From Bdellovibrio sp. (GTDB lineage Bacteria; Bdellovibrionota; Bdellovibrionia; Bdellovibrionales; Bdellovibrionaceae), in the NCBI GenBank assembly GCA_043747435.1, contig JAYTPD010000021.1, forward strand, positions 75,643-139,642: a DNA stretch of 64,000 bases, written 5' to 3'. Positions 29,964 through 42,424 of the stretch are shown here, piece after piece. Under the pieces are notes generated by a model, which saw only the letters and a list, made by a program, of their open reading frames with translations, did not search any database and had not been told where the DNA came from. A program made the position numbers and the translations under genes. Positions within the stretch are counted from its first letter, which is position 1. The number at the start of each line of letters is the position of its first letter.

Positions 29964-30383
29964 ATGGCTTTGACAAAAATCCAAACTTTCATCAAAAAAC
30001 TTTCTGAATCACAAAATGTAAAACGAGTGGTTGGAGACATCCAAACACTCTCAACGGAAATTCAAAAACGAGTTCACGCGTTAAACACAGATCAAGCCGT
30101 AAAAAAATATAAAGAGATTATGAAAAAAGTTTCTCAAGCAGAAACTGATCTTGAAAAAGAAGTGAACAAAGTTGTCGGAAAAATCAAAAAATCAGCGACT
30201 GAAGTTGAAAAAAACCTCAATCAGTACAAGAAAAAAGCCGTTCAGCAAAAAGCCGTTTTTGAAAAAATCTTGAAAGGCCAAAAGCCAACAGCCAAAGCAG
30301 CCGCTAAAACAACGGCTAAAGTTTCTTCAGTAAAACGCCCAGCAAAGAAAAAAGCTGCGGTTAAAAAAGCTCGTAAAGCTTAA
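29964..30383 (+). CDS. Small helical protein with a Lys/Ala-rich H1-like tail
   Basis: GGAG RBS. C-terminus is PTAKAAAKTTAKVSSVKRPAKKKAAVKKARKA. Function unknown (phasin-like or nucleoid-associated are guesses). Confidence 0.45.
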   Translation: MALTKIQTFIKKLSESQNVKRVVGDIQTLSTEIQKRVHALNTDQAVKKYKEIMKKVSQAETDLEKEVNKVVGKIKKSATEVEKNLNQYKKKAVQQKAVFEKILKGQKPTAKAAAKTTAKVSSVKRPAKKKAAVKKARKA

Positions 30384-30494
30384 TAAAAAAAGCGCTTTCA
30401 CCAAAACCCCAATCCCTGATGGCCTTCGCTTCTGGGATTTTCAGTCCCGACCATACCGGACCTCCTTTTGTGGTTTCAAAAGTGAGAGCCTTCA

Positions 30495-30530
30495 AAAAGA
30501 GGTTTTGGCAAAAGCAAAACCTCTTTTTGC
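30495..30530 (+). terminator. Intrinsic terminator candidate
   Basis: AAAAGAGGTTTT (30495-30506) pairs with AAAACCTCTTTT (30516-30527) around a 9-nt loop, and the 3' arm ends in a T run. Confidence 0.5.
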
Positions 30531-30690
30531 ATTTTAAAGACCATTTGTAGTAACCAATCCGATAAAAAATATAGATATGCTCAAATTCAACCCTTGGAGC
30601 CATTTGTCATTTATGGGCTTTTGCAACCCGCTGATGCCCAAAAGGAGTCTCTATGGTAGAAAATTCTATCTTTTAAAAATGGGGTTTTCG

Positions 30691-33545
<2,855 letters not shown>

Positions 33546-33546
<1 letters not shown>

Positions 33547-34523
33547 TGCGTAAAAAGATTTTATTAATTCGTTTAGATAAAATTGGCGACTTGATCTGCA
33601 CTTTACCCGTTGATCAAGTGATCGATCATTTGAAATACGAAGTCTTTTGGATTGTGCAAAAAGGTATGGGTCAAGTTGTTGACTTGGGCGTTCAAAAAAG
33701 AAATTACTTTGAACTTGATAAAAATGACTCAAAAACTTCGGCTCAAAAACTTTCTGAAATTCTGAATGAAGTAAAACCTGAAATTGCGATTAGCTTTCAA
33801 GCTCCGTGGTGGGTGAATTTTGAATTATTCAAAGCGCGTGTCAAAGTGCGCGCAGGAGTCAAAAGCCAGTGGCATAGCTTTTTATTTTTGAATCAAGGCC
33901 TTCGGCAAAAACGCAGCCTTTCATTGATGCATGAATTTGATTACAACCTAGAACTCGTTTTAAAAACTTTGAATCAAAAAAAGCCAAATGAATTGATTTA
34001 CTTTCAAATCCAAAAGCCCACACAAAAAATCACCTTAAAAAAATTTAAACTTGAAGAAAAAAATTATGTTGTTGTTCATCCAGGCATGATGGGTTCGGCT
34101 TTGAATTGGAAGCAGTCTCAGTATATTTCTTATATCCATCAACAACTTCAGCTGAACAAAAAAATTGTCATCACCGGAACTGATTCCGATGAAAGTTACT
34201 TAGATGAAATTAAAAAAGAATTTCTGCACGAACCCAACATGGTGAATTTGCAATCGAAGCTCAATTTGAATGAGCTGATCCAAATTCTTTCATTCAGCGA
34301 ATGGGTCGTGGCTCCGTCAACAGGAGTGGCTCATCTTGCGGCCAGTGTTGGCGCAAAAGTTTTTGCGATTTATTCACCGATTCGTGTGCATCATCCAAGG
34401 CGATGGGCTGCCCGTGGTCGCGACGTAAAAATTATGTTACCCTTAGCACAGTGTCCTGCCAGTCACAGGTGTCTCAAAAAAAACTGCAGCCAATATAACT
34501 GTATGGATTTAGTCACGCTTTAG
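33546..34523 (+). CDS. Glycosyltransferase family 9 (heptosyltransferase-like)
   Basis: KKILLIRLDKIGDLICTLPV N-terminus and SPSTGVAHLAA. The likely GTG start at 33546 overlaps the gcvP TAG by 1 nt. Confidence 0.7.
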
Positions 34524-34603
34524 TCTCGTCTTAAGACGTTGTACTTGTCTGTATTGAGTTCTCTAAATGTTGGGTTCAAAATAGATTAATCAGGAGAATT
34601 CAA

Positions 34604-35506
34604 ATGAAAAAAATAATTTTAATCGCTCTTACTTTAACAATTTACAGTTGTAAAAAATCTAGCACTGACGACGCGACTTACTCTGTTGATGCAAATACAG
34701 AAAGTGCGCAACAAGTCGCCGATGCAATGGCCGGCGTGGATGAATCCGGGGGCTCTTCAGGCGGAACTATTTCAGAAAACGAAATCAAGTCTTATCAAAA
34801 AGCGTTTGCGCGCCTAAGCCCCAATGATGTGCCCGCATCCAAAGTATTTTTTGATCAAATCTTTCCTCAAGCCCATGCTGCCGCCTGCAACACAGTTGCG
34901 TTTTCGATGTGTAATAACAAGCAACAAGTTCGCGACTTAACAGGTTGTTCAACTTACGGTGGCGGAACCATGACCGGTAACGTAACTTTAAATTTTAGCT
35001 CAGCTTTGTGTCAAATTAATGGAGTCAACGGAGATTCAGTTTCACGCGTTCCGAACTTTTCAGTGGCGGGTCTACGTGGCGCGACTTTTTCAGTTTCATC
35101 AGATTCGACTGGGCAAACACTTACTCGCACAGGCGGTGGTGTATTTACTTTTGCAAACACGGGAATTCGCCGTACTTTTGTGACTCCGAAAGGAGTCAAA
35201 CTTCTGGATGTGAGCACTTCAACGACAGGATTGCTCAGCGTCAGCGGATTAAGTCGAAATGGAAGAACGATGAATGGTACTGGGTCACTTAATATTTTAA
35301 ATAATTTAACTGGCGTCAGTTGTTCTTTAACTCCAAATAGTGTCTCTTGGACAAACGCTTGTAACTGCCCAAATTCAGGAAGCTGGCAAGCCACATGTTC
35401 AGATTCAAAAACTTATAATATGGCGTTTTCGTCGACGTGCGGGCTTGCAACTTTAACCGTTGACGGAGTTGTCAGCACGGTTTCACTTGATCGCTGCCAA
35501 CCTTAA
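34604..35506 (+). CDS. Cys-containing lipoprotein of unknown function
   Basis: AGGAG RBS, lipobox LTIYSC, and an S/T/G-rich body with several Cys. Confidence 0.55.
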   Translation: MKKIILIALTLTIYSCKKSSTDDATYSVDANTESAQQVADAMAGVDESGGSSGGTISENEIKSYQKAFARLSPNDVPASKVFFDQIFPQAHAAACNTVAFSMCNNKQQVRDLTGCSTYGGGTMTGNVTLNFSSALCQINGVNGDSVSRVPNFSVAGLRGATFSVSSDSTGQTLTRTGGGVFTFANTGIRRTFVTPKGVKLLDVSTSTTGLLSVSGLSRNGRTMNGTGSLNILNNLTGVSCSLTPNSVSWTNACNCPNSGSWQATCSDSKTYNMAFSSTCGLATLTVDGVVSTVSLDRCQP

Positions 35507-36957
35507 TTTTTATTTTGATTCACATGGTTGAGCAAAAGCCAAAGACGGATTTCTTTTAAATAGTAATCCGTCATCCCAAAAAAAACAAATTGATGCAAAT
35601 ACATCTGAGGCTCCCCAGCTTTGGGAGCTTCAGCTTTTTCTTTGTAATGACAGAAGCCAGGTATTTCGACAGGCTCGACATCTTTACTGCTTAAGAAAAT
35701 AAATTCTCTGACTGTATTAAAATCAAGTTCACGTGGATATATAAAATTAATAAAGACTTCATTGATCTCGGAAATTTTTGCAATTTGAGCCGCTTTAATT
35801 TTTTCGTGACACGTAATATTTAAAAGAACTAAAGGCTCTGAAGTGCTTAAAACACTGCAAAGAGTTTTCATTTTTTTGTAGAAATACGACTTATCGACAG
35901 GTTGATAAAAAATTTCTTTATAAACTTTTACTAAATCTTTTAATTTATCATCAGCAGGAAGAGCTGAACGCATCCAAAAAAACTGCGCTTCTTTTTTAAA
36001 AAATCCCACTAACTTTTCAGCTTCTAAGTCTGTTAAGTTAAGAACTAGATCATGATCAAAGACAGATGATTTACTTGCGCTTGATCCAATGTCTATGATC
36101 TCAACTTTTAAGTTGCGGTAATGAGCTTGAATATCTTTACTTATCGCAATATTTTCAGCTGAACTTGGGGCTATAACAGCCATTTTGATCGGCATGCCTG
36201 ACGATTTTGCTTCTAAGTTCCAAATGGCACTGGATGTTTCATTCGTTTTCATTGAAGCCACGTATTTTCTCATCAAATTCAAAAACATTTTATCAACACA
36301 ATAAAATTGAAACTTATTAATATACAATTTTGGTTTTTGAGGATGAGCCGTGCTGACCAAACACTGGGCCCAGACGCTTTGTTTTTTTCCGACTTTAAAT
36401 AAGGGGCTAAAGTATTCAGCAACGCTCATCAAAGGAATGGGCATGTCACTAAAAGTCATAAAGCCAAGTTCTGAAATCGACTGAAGCTCGACTTCTTTAA
36501 GTACGCCAATCATTGCGTTGGCTTTTTGCGACTTGATCTCGTGAGTTTTTGCTTTTTTTTCTTTTTGCAGAGCTAAATAAATCGATTCTTTTAAAATCAA
36601 TGGGTCGTAAGGTTTAAAAATAAAATTATAAATTTCAAATTGCTGCAAAAATTTAACGGTTAAAGTAGCGTTTTCGTGACCGGACAAACAAATGGGTGAA
36701 GGCTTACGAGGCAGACTTTTAAAATCTTCAAAGTTTTTTTTCCAATCTTTAAGAGGTAAATCACTAAAACCTAAAAGAGTAAAATCAAAATTCAGAAATT
36801 CTTTTTTCTCGTCGTCGTTAAAATGACTTACTTTCAAATTAAACAAATGAAGATGCTCGAAAGTCTCAACGACTGCTTGGGGGTCAAGTAACTTGATTGC
36901 ATCTAATATAAGAGCTTGCAGCTTAGACTCATTTTCAATAATCAAATAACGACTCAT
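35503..36957 (-). CDS. Hypothetical protein (receiver-like N-terminus without clear phospho-acceptor motifs)
   Basis: Long ORF with no diagnostic motif recognised. Confidence 0.45.
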   Translation of the reverse strand: MSRYLIIENESKLQALILDAIKLLDPQAVVETFEHLHLFNLKVSHFNDDEKKEFLNFDFTLLGFSDLPLKDWKKNFEDFKSLPRKPSPICLSGHENATLTVKFLQQFEIYNFIFKPYDPLILKESIYLALQKEKKAKTHEIKSQKANAMIGVLKEVELQSISELGFMTFSDMPIPLMSVAEYFSPLFKVGKKQSVWAQCLVSTAHPQKPKLYINKFQFYCVDKMFLNLMRKYVASMKTNETSSAIWNLEAKSSGMPIKMAVIAPSSAENIAISKDIQAHYRNLKVEIIDIGSSASKSSVFDHDLVLNLTDLEAEKLVGFFKKEAQFFWMRSALPADDKLKDLVKVYKEIFYQPVDKSYFYKKMKTLCSVLSTSEPLVLLNITCHEKIKAAQIAKISEINEVFINFIYPRELDFNTVREFIFLSSKDVEPVEIPGFCHYKEKAEAPKAGEPQMYLHQFVFFGMTDYYLKEIRLWLLLNHVNQNKN

Positions 36958-37046
36958 ATCTTCAAATAATACATTTGTCTTTAAACATGAGGAAGAAATT
37001 GTTTAAATTTATTGTCATAAACTGGACATTATAGTTAATTGTTCAG

Positions 37047-38024
37047 ATGTTTCAGACAACACCACCCCCGGGTTTACAATCGATCGCAAATGCTGTTCTT
37101 AAGCTATCTGATTTTTACATCAAAAACCCCGATGCAGAGACCCCATGGACTGAAGAATTTTGCCAATTGGCCTATCGTTATTATTATTTACCTTTGAATT
37201 ATTTAAGGTGCAGACAAGTCGTCGCCCGAGGACAGAAAGTTGATTTTTTCCAAAACTTAACTCATTTTATTGACTGGGGTTCAGGCCCTGGAACAGCCAG
37301 CTTCGCTTTAAATGACGTCCTGAAAGATCAAATTCGAAAGCAAATTTTAGTTGATCGTTCAAAAGTTGTTTTCAATGAGTTTTCGGATGAACAACGATCG
37401 CTTAAAAATTTAGAGGTCTCGACCGAACTTAAGTTGCAAGCTTATCTTGGACAAAAGTCTAATGGGTGTTTGGTTTTTTCGTACTCAATGACCGAGATTG
37501 CAAAAAGACCTTTTGGTTGGGACCAGTTTGAGGCCTTGATGATTTTAGACCCTTCGACGTCACAAGATGGACGAAAACTTTTAAATTTAAGAAGCGAATT
37601 GATTGAAAAAGGATTTTCGATTTGGGCGCCTTGCACACATCAATCGGGTTGCCCGTTGTTGCTTGAATCCAATCATGACTGGTGCCACGACCGGGTCAAA
37701 GTGGAAGCACCCGATTGGTTTTGGGATTTGGAAAAATTATTGCCGATGAAAAATAAAACCATCACCACAAGTTATCTATTGGCGCGTAAAACTAAACCCG
37801 CTGAATTTTCAAAAAATATCGCACGCTTAACTGGCGACTCACGTGAAGAAAAAGGTAAAACTCGACAATTGGTTTGCCGCGGAGAAAAACGCGAATTTCT
37901 GACATGGATGCATAAACAAATCGAAGCTCAAACTTTTGCTCGCGGTGAATTGGTGCAAATTCCAGAAGATGTTGAACTCAAGTCGAATGAAATTCGTTTG
38001 AAAAAAGACTGTGTGTCTATTTAA
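37047..38024 (+). CDS. Rsm22-like SAM-dependent methyltransferase
   Basis: SAM motif I DWGSGPGTAS and a C-terminal Cys cluster (CTHQSGCPL ... WCHD) as in Rsm22-family proteins. Confidence 0.55.
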   Translation: MFQTTPPPGLQSIANAVLKLSDFYIKNPDAETPWTEEFCQLAYRYYYLPLNYLRCRQVVARGQKVDFFQNLTHFIDWGSGPGTASFALNDVLKDQIRKQILVDRSKVVFNEFSDEQRSLKNLEVSTELKLQAYLGQKSNGCLVFSYSMTEIAKRPFGWDQFEALMILDPSTSQDGRKLLNLRSELIEKGFSIWAPCTHQSGCPLLLESNHDWCHDRVKVEAPDWFWDLEKLLPMKNKTITTSYLLARKTKPAEFSKNIARLTGDSREEKGKTRQLVCRGEKREFLTWMHKQIEAQTFARGELVQIPEDVELKSNEIRLKKDCVSI

Positions 38025-38066
38025 AATCTCGTGACGGACTCTAATTCCAAATGTTAGTTTTTGCGA

Positions 38067-39179
38067 ATGTCAAATCACCCTCAAAAAACACCTCTTTACG
38101 ATGAACATGTCAAACAAGGCGCGCGCATTGTCGATTTCGCAGGCTGGATGATGCCCGTTCAATATGTGGGTTTAAAAGAAGAGCATTTTCATACACGAAA
38201 TCATGTTGGGCTTTTTGATGTTTCGCACATGGGCGAAATTAGATTCAAAGGTCCCAAGGCCGTCGAGTCTTTGCAGTGGCTCACCACAAATGATGTGTCC
38301 ACTTTGGAAAAAGGCGAAGCTCAATATTCTTTACTGCCAAACGATCTGGGTGGTTTGGTTGATGATATTTTTATTTACTGTTTAGAAAAAAATGCCGACT
38401 ACTTGGTTTGCGTGAACGCTTCGAACACCGATAAAGATTTTGCGTGGATGATTAAACACAATAAAGGTGCCGACATCATCAATGAATCAAGCTCATGGGG
38501 ACAAATTGCCATTCAAGGACCCGAAGCCCTGCAGCTTTGCGATGCGATTTTTACGGCTCATACAAACTCACCAATTAAAGTCTCTGAGATGGGCCGCAAT
38601 CAAATTAAAGTTGGAAAATTTCAAAACTTCACAATCATGGTTGCAACAACTGGTTACACCGGAGAAAAAGGCTGCGAAGTTTTTATCGAGTCCAAAGGCA
38701 CAGTCACTTTGTGGAATACGTTATTGCAAAACCCAGCAGTTAAAGCCAAACCCATTGGCTTGGGTGCGCGCGACAGTTTGCGTACTGAAATGAAGTTCAG
38801 CCTTTACGGCCACGAAATAGATGACACATCGAATCCCTACGAGGCCGCCTTAGGTTGGGCTATTAAGCCCAACGCAAAAGATTTTGTAGGAAAGAGTTTA
38901 ATTCTGAAAGCCAAAGAAAATGGTCTACAACGAAAGCTTATTGGCTTCAAAATGCTCGAGCGTGGAATTCCAAGGCAAGCTTACGAAATTAAAAAACAAA
39001 GTGGCGAAAAAATAGGCTTTGTCACAAGCGGTACACATTCTCCAACTTTGGATGAACCCATCGGCATCGGCTACGTTCCGACTGCCTTTTCAGCAGTAGG
39101 CTCAGAAATATTCATAGATATTCGCGGAAAACTAGTTAAAGCTTGTGTCGTGAAAACTCCTTTTGTAAATAAAGGGTGA
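38067..39179 (+). CDS. gcvT: Aminomethyltransferase (glycine cleavage T protein)
   Basis: TPLYDEH ... FAGWMMPVQY ... GLFDVSHMGE ... TGYTGEKG. Confidence 0.95.
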   Translation: MSNHPQKTPLYDEHVKQGARIVDFAGWMMPVQYVGLKEEHFHTRNHVGLFDVSHMGEIRFKGPKAVESLQWLTTNDVSTLEKGEAQYSLLPNDLGGLVDDIFIYCLEKNADYLVCVNASNTDKDFAWMIKHNKGADIINESSSWGQIAIQGPEALQLCDAIFTAHTNSPIKVSEMGRNQIKVGKFQNFTIMVATTGYTGEKGCEVFIESKGTVTLWNTLLQNPAVKAKPIGLGARDSLRTEMKFSLYGHEIDDTSNPYEAALGWAIKPNAKDFVGKSLILKAKENGLQRKLIGFKMLERGIPRQAYEIKKQSGEKIGFVTSGTHSPTLDEPIGIGYVPTAFSAVGSEIFIDIRGKLVKACVVKTPFVNKG

Positions 39180-39215
39180 TCATTTTTTATTTAAATTTAA
39201 AACAGGAGATGTCCC

Positions 39216-39608
39216 ATGGCTACTTTTCACATACCCGAAGATTTTTATTACTCGAAAGACCACGAATGGGCTCAGGTCGACGAAAATATCGTCACTGTGG
39301 GAATCACTGAATTCGCACAAGACCAATTAGGAGAAGTCGTTTACGTCGATTTGCCTGAAGAAGGTCAAAAAGTAACGCAAAACCAAACTTTCGGAGTAGT
39401 TGAGTCAGTGAAAGCTGTTTCGGACTTGTTCGCACCAGTTTCGGGAACAGTGATCGAAGTGAATTCAGCGCTGATCGACGATCCGTCTTCTTTAAATGAT
39501 GATCCAAATAATGAAGGCTGGCTGGTTCGCATCGAGATGGACTCTGAAAAAGAACTTGCTAACTTAATGCGCTCACCAGACTACAAAAAGCTCATAGCTG
39601 AAAAGTAG
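39216..39608 (+). CDS. gcvH: Glycine cleavage system H protein
   Basis: YSKDHEW ... GITEFAQDQLGEVVYVDLP ... VESVKAVSDLFAPVSG (lipoyl-lysine motif). Confidence 0.95.
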   Translation: MATFHIPEDFYYSKDHEWAQVDENIVTVGITEFAQDQLGEVVYVDLPEEGQKVTQNQTFGVVESVKAVSDLFAPVSGTVIEVNSALIDDPSSLNDDPNNEGWLVRIEMDSEKELANLMRSPDYKKLIAEK

Positions 39609-39662
39609 TTTTTGCTTTTTCAAAGTTCTTTGATTAAAACTAGTTTTCTTTACGTCGTCAGT

Positions 39663-39747
39663 GCCCAGTTGGTGGAATCGGCAGACACACTAGGCTTAGA
39701 ACCTAGCGCCGCGAGGCATGGGGGTTCGACTCCCTCACTGGGCACCA
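39663..39747 (+). tRNA. tRNA-Leu (anticodon UAG), class II with long variable arm, CCA encoded
   Basis: Hand fold: acceptor GCCCAGT/ACTGGGC; anticodon stem CTAGG/CCTAG with loop CTTAGAA; T arm GGGGG-TTCGACT-CCCTC; discriminator A plus CCA. Confidence 0.9.
39731..39747 (+). repeat. attL-like core: 17-bp 3' end of tRNA-Leu(UAG), repeated at 54270-54286
   Basis: TCCCTCACTGGGCACCA is identical at both positions in direct orientation. Confidence 0.75.
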
Positions 39748-40246
39748 CTTCCGACAGTACTCGAACCCACACGCGGGGTCGGACTGAACGGAAGAATTTT
39801 TCCTTCTTTTTCATTTAAATTTTGAGTTTGGTTTCCGGGTGATGGGGGTCCATCAGTTCCGGTGGCCTTGTATTGCTCTTTCGATGGAGCGTACATGCCG
39901 ATTTTTATTTTCATCGGGTGAATCTCGATGAACTTCACAAGGTTCGTGAAGATAGGTCTTTGTTTTTCTTTCGGTGCGTTTTCTAGATTTATGAGCGTTC
40001 GCTCGATCTTGGCTTTTAAGCCGTCTTGGTCAATGTCTTAGGTCATAATCTATTCAAGCTGAATCAATATAGGCTGTCTAAGGCTTTACCAGTGTCAAAA
40101 AGAGTCATCTCAACGGAAATTATCAGCCATTTCAAATATAAACCTTAATGGTGGCTTTTATTTTAAAACTAAAAAACCGATAGGAATATAGGAATTGCTT
40201 AAATTAGGAATTTTATGTTATTCTATAAAAGCATATGGAGGCTAAA

Positions 40247-40531
40247 ATGGCGGCAAAACAAGCTAAACTCTTAACCGTGGCAAGCAATGGACAAATTAGT
40301 ATTGGTAAGACTTGGGCTGGTCGTCAAATAGTCATTGAAGAGATCGGCGACAGCGAGCTTCATATCAAAGCAGGTTCTTTTGTTCCAGACTCTCAAAAAA
40401 CTTTTCATACAGTTGAGGCGAATGAGGCCTTGTCCGAGTTTAATAACTGGAGCGAAAACAAACCAAAATCTATAAAATCTTCTGATGTATTTGCTAAACT
40501 AAGAAAACAAAAAACAGCTCGTGGCAAATAA
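40247..40531 (+). CDS. AbrB/MazE (SpoVT-AbrB fold)-like antitoxin candidate
   Basis: GGAGG RBS 6 nt before the ATG at 40247. N-terminus LLTVASNGQISIGKTWAGRQIVIEEIGDSELHIK resembles the swapped-hairpin motif. Confidence 0.5.
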   Translation: MAAKQAKLLTVASNGQISIGKTWAGRQIVIEEIGDSELHIKAGSFVPDSQKTFHTVEANEALSEFNNWSENKPKSIKSSDVFAKLRKQKTARGK

Positions 40532-40892
40532 GAAAAATTCCATATCCAGTCAGCACGAACTAGTTCTTTGTGATTTGAACTTTCCAAGACTACAAAATGA
40601 ATTATTGGAGCTTGAATCAACGGAGTTTGATCAAGTCGAAGAGACTGCAAAAAAAATTGAAAAAATGACTTGGGATCAAGTTTACAAAACATCTTCGAAA
40701 ACTCAAAAAAGAGGGATCAACTGGGAAGTCATTGAAAATCAAGTCACCCAGCTTGGTAAAAAGATCGCATCAATTCGTATTTCTAAAAAATTCCGAGCTC
40801 GTGTTTGTCGTGATGGCAAATTCATGAGATTTATTTCGCTTCATCCAGATCACGATAGTGCTTATGAAGAAGATGGCGGCGAAGACTTATAG
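40521..40892 (+). CDS. RelE/ParE-superfamily-like toxin candidate
   Basis: GTG start overlaps the upstream stop by 11 nt. C-terminus ASIRISKKFRARVCRDGKFMRFISLHPDHDSAY resembles the ySiRi..yRa...i..HD.aY end of RelE/ParE-fold toxins. Confidence 0.35.
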   Translation: MANKKNSISSQHELVLCDLNFPRLQNELLELESTEFDQVEETAKKIEKMTWDQVYKTSSKTQKRGINWEVIENQVTQLGKKIASIRISKKFRARVCRDGKFMRFISLHPDHDSAYEEDGGEDL

Positions 40893-41085
40893 TTAACTCC
40901 TTGTCGAACAAACGCCTCTGATGCACCAATTAATTTAGCAACAACAATATGCAAACTATATTTTTTCACCAAATATTTCAAATTTGATGCCGAAAGCAAC
41001 TTAGCTTCAGGATAAGCTTCAAATTCAATAGATAAAATAGACTCAGTTCGATTTAATTGATCAGCACAAAGAAGGCGCGGTTCGT

Positions 41086-41784
41086 CTACTTCGGGTTCTC
41101 GCGCACCAATCTTCTCATAACACTACCCTGTCCTCCAAAAGGAACAGGGTTTTTTATTTCCCCATTTCCGATCACGAATCTCAATTTATAAGTTCCGGTT
41201 TCCTGGCAGGGCTCCGCCACGACCGCGTTGAACAGCTTGCCGTAAGCCCCTTTGATATGGACCGGATCGGCCTTTTGGGCGATCAAACTCTGGATCTTTT
41301 GGGCAGCCTCGAGCCGGTCTTTGAATTGATCATAAAATGTGTCCGTAACGACAGATTGGCTTCGCTCGAGCGTATCAAGTTGCGCTTGAAGCTTCGAAAT
41401 TTCGGTGTCGAGCCTATCGACTGTCGTTTCAAACTCCTGGGTGTATTGGCCGCGTTTTTCGCGAGAGCCGTCGGCTAATAAAGCTTCAAACCTCAACTCA
41501 GCTCGTCTTTTTTCTGCCTTATGGCCCTCGATCATATCGACAAACCTTTGCTTCTCGCATTTTAGCAGTTCGTGACGAGTGTCGGATTGCGAATGTCGCT
41601 TAATGGCTTTCAGCAATTTTTCTGAATCTTTGATGACCTGAACAACGGCCTTGGATGCCCCAAGTTCGGCCTCATCGGCATCAATACGAAGTTTTTTGTC
41701 CTTGTTAAAATAATAGTTCTTTCGGCCACCGTTTCCGTTGGCGCCGGTTCCGTGAAAAGTTGAGCCGTCAGGCAACTGAATCAA
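41086..41784 (-). CDS. Hypothetical coiled-coil protein (232 aa)
   Basis: Long ORF visibly more GC-rich than its flanks. About 40 codons near its 3' end are repeated at 52338-52458. Confidence 0.55.
   Translation of the reverse strand: MIQLPDGSTFHGTGANGNGGRKNYYFNKDKKLRIDADEAELGASKAVVQVIKDSEKLLKAIKRHSQSDTRHELLKCEKQRFVDMIEGHKAEKRRAELRFEALLADGSREKRGQYTQEFETTVDRLDTEISKLQAQLDTLERSQSVVTDTFYDQFKDRLEAAQKIQSLIAQKADPVHIKGAYGKLFNAVVAEPCQETGTYKLRFVIGNGEIKNPVPFGGQGSVMRRLVRENPK
41103..41223. repeat. 121-bp direct repeat, copy A (inside the intact 232-aa gene)
   Basis: Aligns without gaps to 52338-52458 with 5 mismatches by hand alignment. Confidence 0.85.
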
Positions 41785-42053
41785 GCCATGAAGAAGGTAT
41801 CAGCTTCAGATAATAATTTTTTCCAATCATCATCCGGTTCGCGCTTATTATTTTTCACATCGGCTTTAGATTCCAACTCTGCACGGTGGGGAAAGTACCG
41901 GAAAATAAAAGTTAGGTAAGGAACATCATTTTTTACAAAGTGATAGTCGGTAACTGAGATAATTTCTTTATCTTTTATGAATTCGCGAACTTCTTCGTCA
42001 TTGAACCCGCCGTAAAGCGTATCAAAAGCCAAAGAGATGACTTTGATCAACAT
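41781..42053 (-). CDS. Hypothetical protein (90 aa)
   Basis: A 4-nt overlap with the downstream 232-aa gene suggests translational coupling. No motif recognised. Confidence 0.45.
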   Translation of the reverse strand: MLIKVISLAFDTLYGGFNDEEVREFIKDKEIISVTDYHFVKNDVPYLTFIFRYFPHRAELESKADVKNNKREPDDDWKKLLSEADTFFMA

Positions 42054-42319
42054 GATTCCCCCTTAAATCAATGATAAGCCGTCCTCTTGCTCTAAATACT
42101 TTCGGCACCTAAGCATGGCTTAAGCAACGTGCTACCATCTCGATTTTTAATAAAGTTATTTTTTAAACCCAGAAAAAATAAAGAAATGGGTATTGCCGCT
42201 AAAGACTGAGCAACCAAGTGAATCGGTTAAATAAATTTGAAACTAAATTGAATTTAGCAGGTGTTTTTATTTACGCGGGGCGAAAAACGGTCAAAAAAAT
42301 TAAAAATTTTGGCTTACGC

Positions 42320-42383
42320 CAAAGGAATTTGAGGACTACAGCCGCGCTTTCAGCGGGCCTACGTCTTTCCTCAAATTCCTTTG
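42320..42383 (-). terminator. Long stem-loop downstream of the giant AAA+ gene (terminator or structured element)
   Basis: Perfect 16-bp inverted repeat CAAAGGAATTTGAGGA (42320-42335) / TCCTCAAATTCCTTTG (42368-42383). The 32-nt spacer contains a small inner hairpin (CCGC ... GCGG). A T-rich tract follows on the minus strand. Confidence 0.4.
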
Positions 42384-42424
42384 CCTCCAGCCATTCTAGT
42401 GTAAAAGGTAAAAAGAGCCAAGAG

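Noticed and set aside
30531-30690. Possible glycine riboswitch in the ~160-nt leader of gcvP (also checked upstream of gcvT at 38025-38066)
   Set aside because: Only loose fragments are present (GGAG ... GCAA ... CCCAAAAGGAG). The conserved GGAGAG and CCGAAGG(G/A)GCAA cores I remember are not there, and the gcvT upstream region is too short. A covariance-model search with the Rfam glycine model would settle it.
39755-39790. GGGTTCGAGT on the minus strand resembling a tRNA T arm (possible tRNA fragment)
   Set aside because: There is no complementary T-stem 3' half, no acceptor stem and no anticodon arm around it.
39748-40060. Integrase remnant expected next to the tRNA-Leu(UAG) attL side, including the 67-aa minus-strand ORF at 39735-39938
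   Set aside because: The minus-strand translation (…LINLENAPKEKQRPIFTNLVKFIEIHPMKIKIGMYAPSKEQYK…) shows none of the tyrosine-recombinase C-terminal motifs (HxxR, catalytic Y). The ORF also overlaps the tRNA. I treat it as non-coding or unrecognisable debris.
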